This document shows positions 48,812 through 52,859 of a stretch of 52,859 nucleotides of DNA, one piece after another. The first letter of the stretch is position 1. Every line of letters starts with the position of its first letter. The translations under genes and the position numbers were made by a program. Under the pieces are notes generated by a model. That model was not told the DNA's origin, did not search any database, and saw only the letters and a program-made list of their open reading frames with translations. Location: assembly GCA_964473565.1 (NCBI GenBank), contig CAYYPI010000005.1, positions 1 through 52,859 on the forward strand. The letters run 5' to 3'. Origin of the DNA: an uncultured Gammaproteobacteria bacterium. Lineage in GTDB: Bacteria > Patescibacteriota > Patescibacteriia > Patescibacteriales > UBA12465.

Positions 48812-49879
48812 TTATACTCTTATTCTACCACTCAAAAGGTCGTTCATAAGACCTTTTTTAAGTTGAATAAGTTTATTTTTAAATTGTTTATTAATTTCAA
48901 TTTTTTTATCAACTCCTGACAAAACTTTCACAAATTTTTTTTGTTCATCAAGAGGGGGTAGTAATATTTTTGCTTCCTTAACCCATTTAAAATGACGGTT
49001 ATACCCTGTGTTTGGAATATCTAAATTTAACAAAGAATAATATAAAAATTTTGGATCATTTTCTTTTTTACTTTGAAAAAGTTTTATGCCATCTGCTCCC
49101 ACAGCAAAAGGTTGATTAATAAATTTTACTACTCTTGTGTGATCTCCAAACAAAATAACTGGATAATTATTATTTACCAAATTATTATCATCAGTATAGC
49201 CACTTATATATTTTTGTCCTTGGTCAAAAATTGGATATTCACCTTTATTTTGATATTCTTTCTTTTTTAATCCTTTTATTTTTTTAAATGAACACAAGTC
49301 AATACAACTTATAAAACTAACTTTTGTTTTCAACTTTTTATTGAAAAATTCCCACATTAACCCCTTTTTAAGTTTTTCTATTTTTTTTATTATTTCTTCA
49401 GTTCTATCAATATCTACATCAACTTTAAATAAAATTTCAGCAATTTTGTCTTGTTCGTTTTTTTCTTTAGGAACCACGATATTCATTTCCTGATATTGAG
49501 ATATATAATATCGTTTATGATTGCCTACAGGAAAGTTTATTGATTTCATTTTCTCAAAAATAAATTTAAGGTTAATCTCTTTGTTTTTTTGCTTTAGTAT
49601 CTTTATTGCAGAAGATTTAATTTTAAAAGGAAAATCGACGAATTTACTATCTGTAGTAAAATCGTCAAAAATTATTACTGGTATATCTTTGTAAATCCCA
49701 AAATCTTCATTAGTATAACCTAAAATAAAAGACTTATTAGCAGTCAATACTGGAGTTTTATTGTTTTTATCATACGCAACGCTTTTAACGATATAATTAT
49801 CCGGCCTCTCATAATCCAATAAATCGCAAATTTTTTTCAGTTCCCATCCTTTTGGAATTGTTTTTTTTTCTTGATTCAT
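48812..49879 (-). CDS. hsdS: Type I restriction-modification specificity subunit
   Basis: IPKGW start, two TRDs, EQDKIAEIL and PPLDEQ helices, LKKGLM repeated twice. Confidence 0.92.
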   Translation of the reverse strand: MNQEKKTIPKGWELKKICDLLDYERPDNYIVKSVAYDKNNKTPVLTANKSFILGYTNEDFGIYKDIPVIIFDDFTTDSKFVDFPFKIKSSAIKILKQKNKEINLKFIFEKMKSINFPVGNHKRYYISQYQEMNIVVPKEKNEQDKIAEILFKVDVDIDRTEEIIKKIEKLKKGLMWEFFNKKLKTKVSFISCIDLCSFKKIKGLKKKEYQNKGEYPIFDQGQKYISGYTDDNNLVNNNYPVILFGDHTRVVKFINQPFAVGADGIKLFQSKKENDPKFLYYSLLNLDIPNTGYNRHFKWVKEAKILLPPLDEQKKFVKVLSGVDKKIEINKQFKNKLIQLKKGLMNDLLSGRIRV

Positions 49880-49881
49880 AT

Positions 49882-50336
49882 TTAACCTAAATGATTTTTG
49901 TTATACTCTGCTTCAGCTAAAGCATCAACATACTTAGCCCATTTTGCATTTCTCTTATGATGAAAATATTTTTTAAAGCCACTAAATCTGCCTTCCAGTT
50001 TCTTAACTTCATCATAAAGAGGCTTCATGTTTTCTGATTTTATGCCATAATCTCCATTCACTTGTTTTATTACCAGCTCACTATCCATCCAAACCTCAAT
50101 ATCATTTCTACAATATCCGGATGCTAAATCTAAGGCAAAAATTAATCCATTATACTCAGCTTGTGGTACTGTCAACTCACCAAGATATTTTGATTTTTCT
50201 AAAATAATATTTTCTTCCTCATCTAAAATTATCATACCACAAGCAGATTTTCCTTTCCTATTCTTCCCTTTAAGTGGGCGTTTTCTATTTTACAACAAGC
50301 ATCAGTTATTATTTTAACTTTTTTATATTTAGCCAT
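49882..50336 (-). CDS. RNase HI-family protein split by a -1 frameshift
   Basis: ATG 50336 gives MAKYKKVKIITDAC (first catalytic Asp); the -1 frame continues GKSACGMII...QAEYNGL...MDSELVIKQVNG.Y...VDALA. Confidence 0.75.
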
Positions 50337-50340
50337 TTTA

Positions 50341-52023
50341 TTAATATTTTAATTCTTTTAAATATTTTTTAACCTCTTTATCGATCAAATCCCTCTCCTT
50401 CTCCAACTTGGCAATATCTTTTAAAACTTCTTTTACATCAACAAGTTCTTCTTCATCGCTAGAATCAACATATCTTCGCACATTTAAATTATACTTGTTC
50501 TCTTTTAAAACCTTTAGCTCAACCACCTTTGCAAACTTATCTTGATCTTTATAAATATCATAGGTATTAACAATTTTCTCTATGTCCTTATTTCTGAGTT
50601 TATTTTGATTTTTACCTTCTTGGTATTCTTTCTCGGCATCAATAATTAATATTTTACCTTCTTTTTCTTTTGATTTATTCTTATTGAATATTAAAACAGC
50701 AGCAGGAATACCTGTTCCATAAAATAGTTTTGATGGCAAAGCAATCACAGCTTCTAAAATATCTTTTTCTATTATCTGCTTCCTAATTCTCCCTTCAATT
50801 CCACCTCTAAATAAAACTCCGTGAGGCACAACTACACCAGCCCTACCATTAGAATTTAAAGATTTAATTATATGAAGAATGAAAGCATAATCAGCATTTT
50901 TTGTTGGTGGCATTTCATAATCATCAAGTCGCCCGTATTTATTTGTTTTAAAGGCCTCATTCGCCCATTCTTTTATTGAATACGGAAAATTTGCAACCAC
51001 AATATCAAAGGTTTTTAGACTGCCGTCATTATTCAAAAATTGCGGATTCGATAAAGTGTCTCCTCGTCTTATATCAGCTCCATCAAGACCATGCAAAAAC
51101 ATGTTTATTTTTGCAATCGCATAAGTTCCAAGGTTCTGCTCTTGGCCATAAAGATATAGCGTGTTTGCAATTTTCTCCCCTCTCTTCTTTTTTAAATAAC
51201 TATATGCCTCCAGTAAGAATCCAGCGGAACCTACTGTTGGATCATAGACATGATCTTTTTCATGTGGTTTGAGAATATTAATGATTACCCTTTCAACTTC
51301 ACGAGGAGTGTAGAATTCTCCACCTTTCTTGCCTGCATCTGCCGCAAACTGCTCAATCAAATATTCATAGGCATCGCCAAGCAAATCGGAACTAATATAA
51401 TTACTGGCAAAGTTAAATTTTGAAAAATGATTTATTAAACTTTGTAAAGTTTCATTTGGAAATTTATCCTTGTTAGCAAAATCAAGATCATCAAATATTT
51501 TATCAAGCTTCGGGCTGTTGGCGTTTGTTAGTTTATCAAAAATTTCATTTAACTTCTGTCCAATATTCTCAGATGTTTCTTGAATCACCGACCAACGACA
51601 ATCTTTTGGAACTTGAAATCTGTGATTATGATCCATTCGAGCAATATCCCTATCTTTAAATTCATCCATAGCCTTATCGTATTCCTCATCCCAAACATCA
51701 CTAATTCTCTTGTAGAATAAAAGTCCGAATATATATTTTTTATAATCAGAACTATCAATTTTTCCACGTAAAATGTCAGCACTCCTCCAAAGGAATTGCT
51801 TTAATTGGGCAAGAGTCATTTTATCACTATCAAGCCCTTCCAATATTCCTTTATCATCGATTATTCTTTCAATGTCTTCTGGGCGATATTTTCTGTCTTT
51901 TCTCGGACCAACTCTTAGTGGGGTTATTTTCCCATCCTTTTCCCAATTCCTTAAAGTGTCCTGATTAACACTAAGCAAATCAGCGGCCTCACTTATATTT
52001 AATAATTTTTTTTCCTTTTTCAT
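50341..52023 (-). CDS. hsdM: Type I R-M methyltransferase subunit with N-terminal MerR/excisionase-like HTH
   Basis: LLNISEAADLLSVNQDTLRNWEKDGKI HTH; LWRSADILRG, GEFYTP, YDPTVGSAGFL, ANFPY, PHGVLFRG. Confidence 0.94.
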   Translation of the reverse strand: MKKEKKLLNISEAADLLSVNQDTLRNWEKDGKITPLRVGPRKDRKYRPEDIERIIDDKGILEGLDSDKMTLAQLKQFLWRSADILRGKIDSSDYKKYIFGLLFYKRISDVWDEEYDKAMDEFKDRDIARMDHNHRFQVPKDCRWSVIQETSENIGQKLNEIFDKLTNANSPKLDKIFDDLDFANKDKFPNETLQSLINHFSKFNFASNYISSDLLGDAYEYLIEQFAADAGKKGGEFYTPREVERVIINILKPHEKDHVYDPTVGSAGFLLEAYSYLKKKRGEKIANTLYLYGQEQNLGTYAIAKINMFLHGLDGADIRRGDTLSNPQFLNNDGSLKTFDIVVANFPYSIKEWANEAFKTNKYGRLDDYEMPPTKNADYAFILHIIKSLNSNGRAGVVVPHGVLFRGGIEGRIRKQIIEKDILEAVIALPSKLFYGTGIPAAVLIFNKNKSKEKEGKILIIDAEKEYQEGKNQNKLRNKDIEKIVNTYDIYKDQDKFAKVVELKVLKENKYNLNVRRYVDSSDEEELVDVKEVLKDIAKLEKERDLIDKEVKKYLKELKY

Positions 52024-52057
52024 ATAAAAATTTTAAATCAATTTTAACTATAATATC

Positions 52058-52120
52058 AGAATAGCACATCCACGAATAATGTCAAATAGAATATACATTT
52101 TTTCATAGGTTTTCATAGGT
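52058..52120 (-). promoter_or_regulatory. Probable hsdM operon promoter with an upstream tandem 10-bp direct repeat
   Basis: TTGACA (52085-52080), 16 bp, TATTCT (52063-52058) with extended TG; TTTCATAGGT x2 at 52101-52120. Confidence 0.55.
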
Positions 52121-52413
52121 TAAGATGTTATTTTAATTTTTATTTAATTTTTTTTACTTAAAATTAGCCAATTTTTGTGGTATTGTTATAGGACTGAATA
52201 TAAGCTATAATGTAAACAAATAAAAACAGACCATGACGGGGTCTGTAATTATTAGAGGGACTCTTTTTCTCTCTTTGGGAGATCCTTCCCTATTTATAGT
52301 TTGATATGTGTACAACTTAATTTTATCATAAATTTGGATTTAAAGAAATAAGGGATATAAAAAAAATATATAGATAGGATACTTGATGCTTGTCTATCTT
52401 ATTTTACGATTTC

Positions 52414-52680
52414 ATGTATAGAATGCTAATCTCTTACGATTTGATTTCCCCTAGAACAGATTATGAAGAACTTTATGACTACCTTCAATCTTTCAGGCAG
52501 TCAAAACATCCACTAGAATCTGTTTGGGTTGTTAGGACCAACAAGAAACAAGATGCTATAAGAGACGAACTCAAGGAAATAGTTGATGCCAATGATAAGA
52601 TATTGGTAGTTGATATAACTGGTTGCGCAGCAGCATGGCACAATATTCCATCTGAAGATTGGATAAAAATAGGACAATAG
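52414..52680 (+). CDS. Small Cas2/VapD-like ferredoxin-fold protein
   Basis: About 88 aa; LISYDL..., LESVW, D.ND.ILV pattern; probable ATG 52414. Confidence 0.6.
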   Translation: MYRMLISYDLISPRTDYEELYDYLQSFRQSKHPLESVWVVRTNKKQDAIRDELKEIVDANDKILVVDITGCAAAWHNIPSEDWIKIGQ

Positions 52681-52684
52681 AATA

Positions 52685-52725
52685 AAATAAAAAAGAATAA
52701 GACCGTCACTTATTCTTTTTTATTT
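52685..52725. terminator. Bidirectional terminator between the Cas2-like gene and tRNA-Trp
   Basis: Perfect 17-bp inverted repeat AAATAAAAAAGAATAAG-7 nt-CTTATTCTTTTTTATTT. Confidence 0.75.
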
Positions 52726-52807
52726 GTAGTAATTTTTTACCCATCAAAAAACAGGACTTACTTTACCTCCACAGGTGCGGGGATCTATTCACACAAGATA
52801 TTCTAAG

Positions 52808-52859
52808 CACGGGTGGGAGGAATCGAACCCCCGCTAGAGGTTTTGGAGACCCCTGTACT
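52808..52859 (-). tRNA. tRNA-Trp(CCA), 5' part cut by the window end, CCA tail not encoded
   Basis: Minus strand GGGGT-CTCCAAA-ACCTC anticodon arm, GGGGG-TTCGATT-CCTCC T arm, CACCCGT-G acceptor strand. Confidence 0.92.

Larger units (their letters stand above)
41825..52807. mobile_element. Probable tRNA-Trp-anchored defence island; no integrase visible, boundaries approximate
   Basis: Cluster of R-M and unknown genes directly 3' of tRNA-Trp; sequence texture appears different from the flank by eye (more CG, fewer CTAG/TAGC words). Confidence 0.55.

Noticed and set aside
2384-51964. Many short ORFs in the track antisense to or nested in long genes (e.g. 2991-3335, 13604-13864, 28221-28493, 32062-32343, 50976-51272)
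   Set aside because: They lie within well-supported genes, have no recognisable motifs and look like shadow frames
52020-52800. CRISPR array near the Cas2-like gene
   Set aside because: No repeat-spacer periodicity; only one 10-bp tandem duplication and terminator hairpins
1-52859. Alternative genetic code (TGA recoded, as in Gracilibacteria)
   Set aside because: Conserved genes are full length under code 11 and TGA serves as a stop in ATGA overlaps (48337-48340, 26365-26368)

Overview
Very AT-rich bacterial chromosome segment, genetic code 11, mostly minus-strand genes. The gene content (DUF4012 and DUF11-like surface proteins, sigma-region-4/HTH protein, short TsaB, Gmad2 protein) suggests Patescibacteria/Parcubacteria (CPR); this is an inference. 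Bases 1-41.8 kb are largely housekeeping: a lexA-dinB cassette with an SOS-like box inside a consensus promoter, rnhB, tgt, uppP, a dcw cluster (mraZ-rsmH-ftsL-like-ftsI-murF) continuing into rmlD-rmlA-GT2, tsaB, dus, cysS, hisS, rarA, murI, an ABC exporter with YibE/F and a divergent CsoR-type repressor, a decayed IS200 fragment, a GH3-family gene, rlmN and an IMPDH/GMP-reductase-family gene. From about 41.8 kb to a tRNA-Trp at the window end lies a probable defence island. Its core is one tightly packed operon: HTH-fused HsdM, a frameshifted RNase HI, HsdS, a stand-alone receiver protein, a soluble histidine kinase, HsdR and an M48 peptidase. Downstream are a HEPN-like pseudogene, a putative PD-(D/E)XK protein and a membrane protein; a Cas2/VapD-like gene is divergent. 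The Type I R-M system with an embedded two-component pair and RNase H is the best candidate for an undescribed system. All assignments come from motif reading; no database searches were run.
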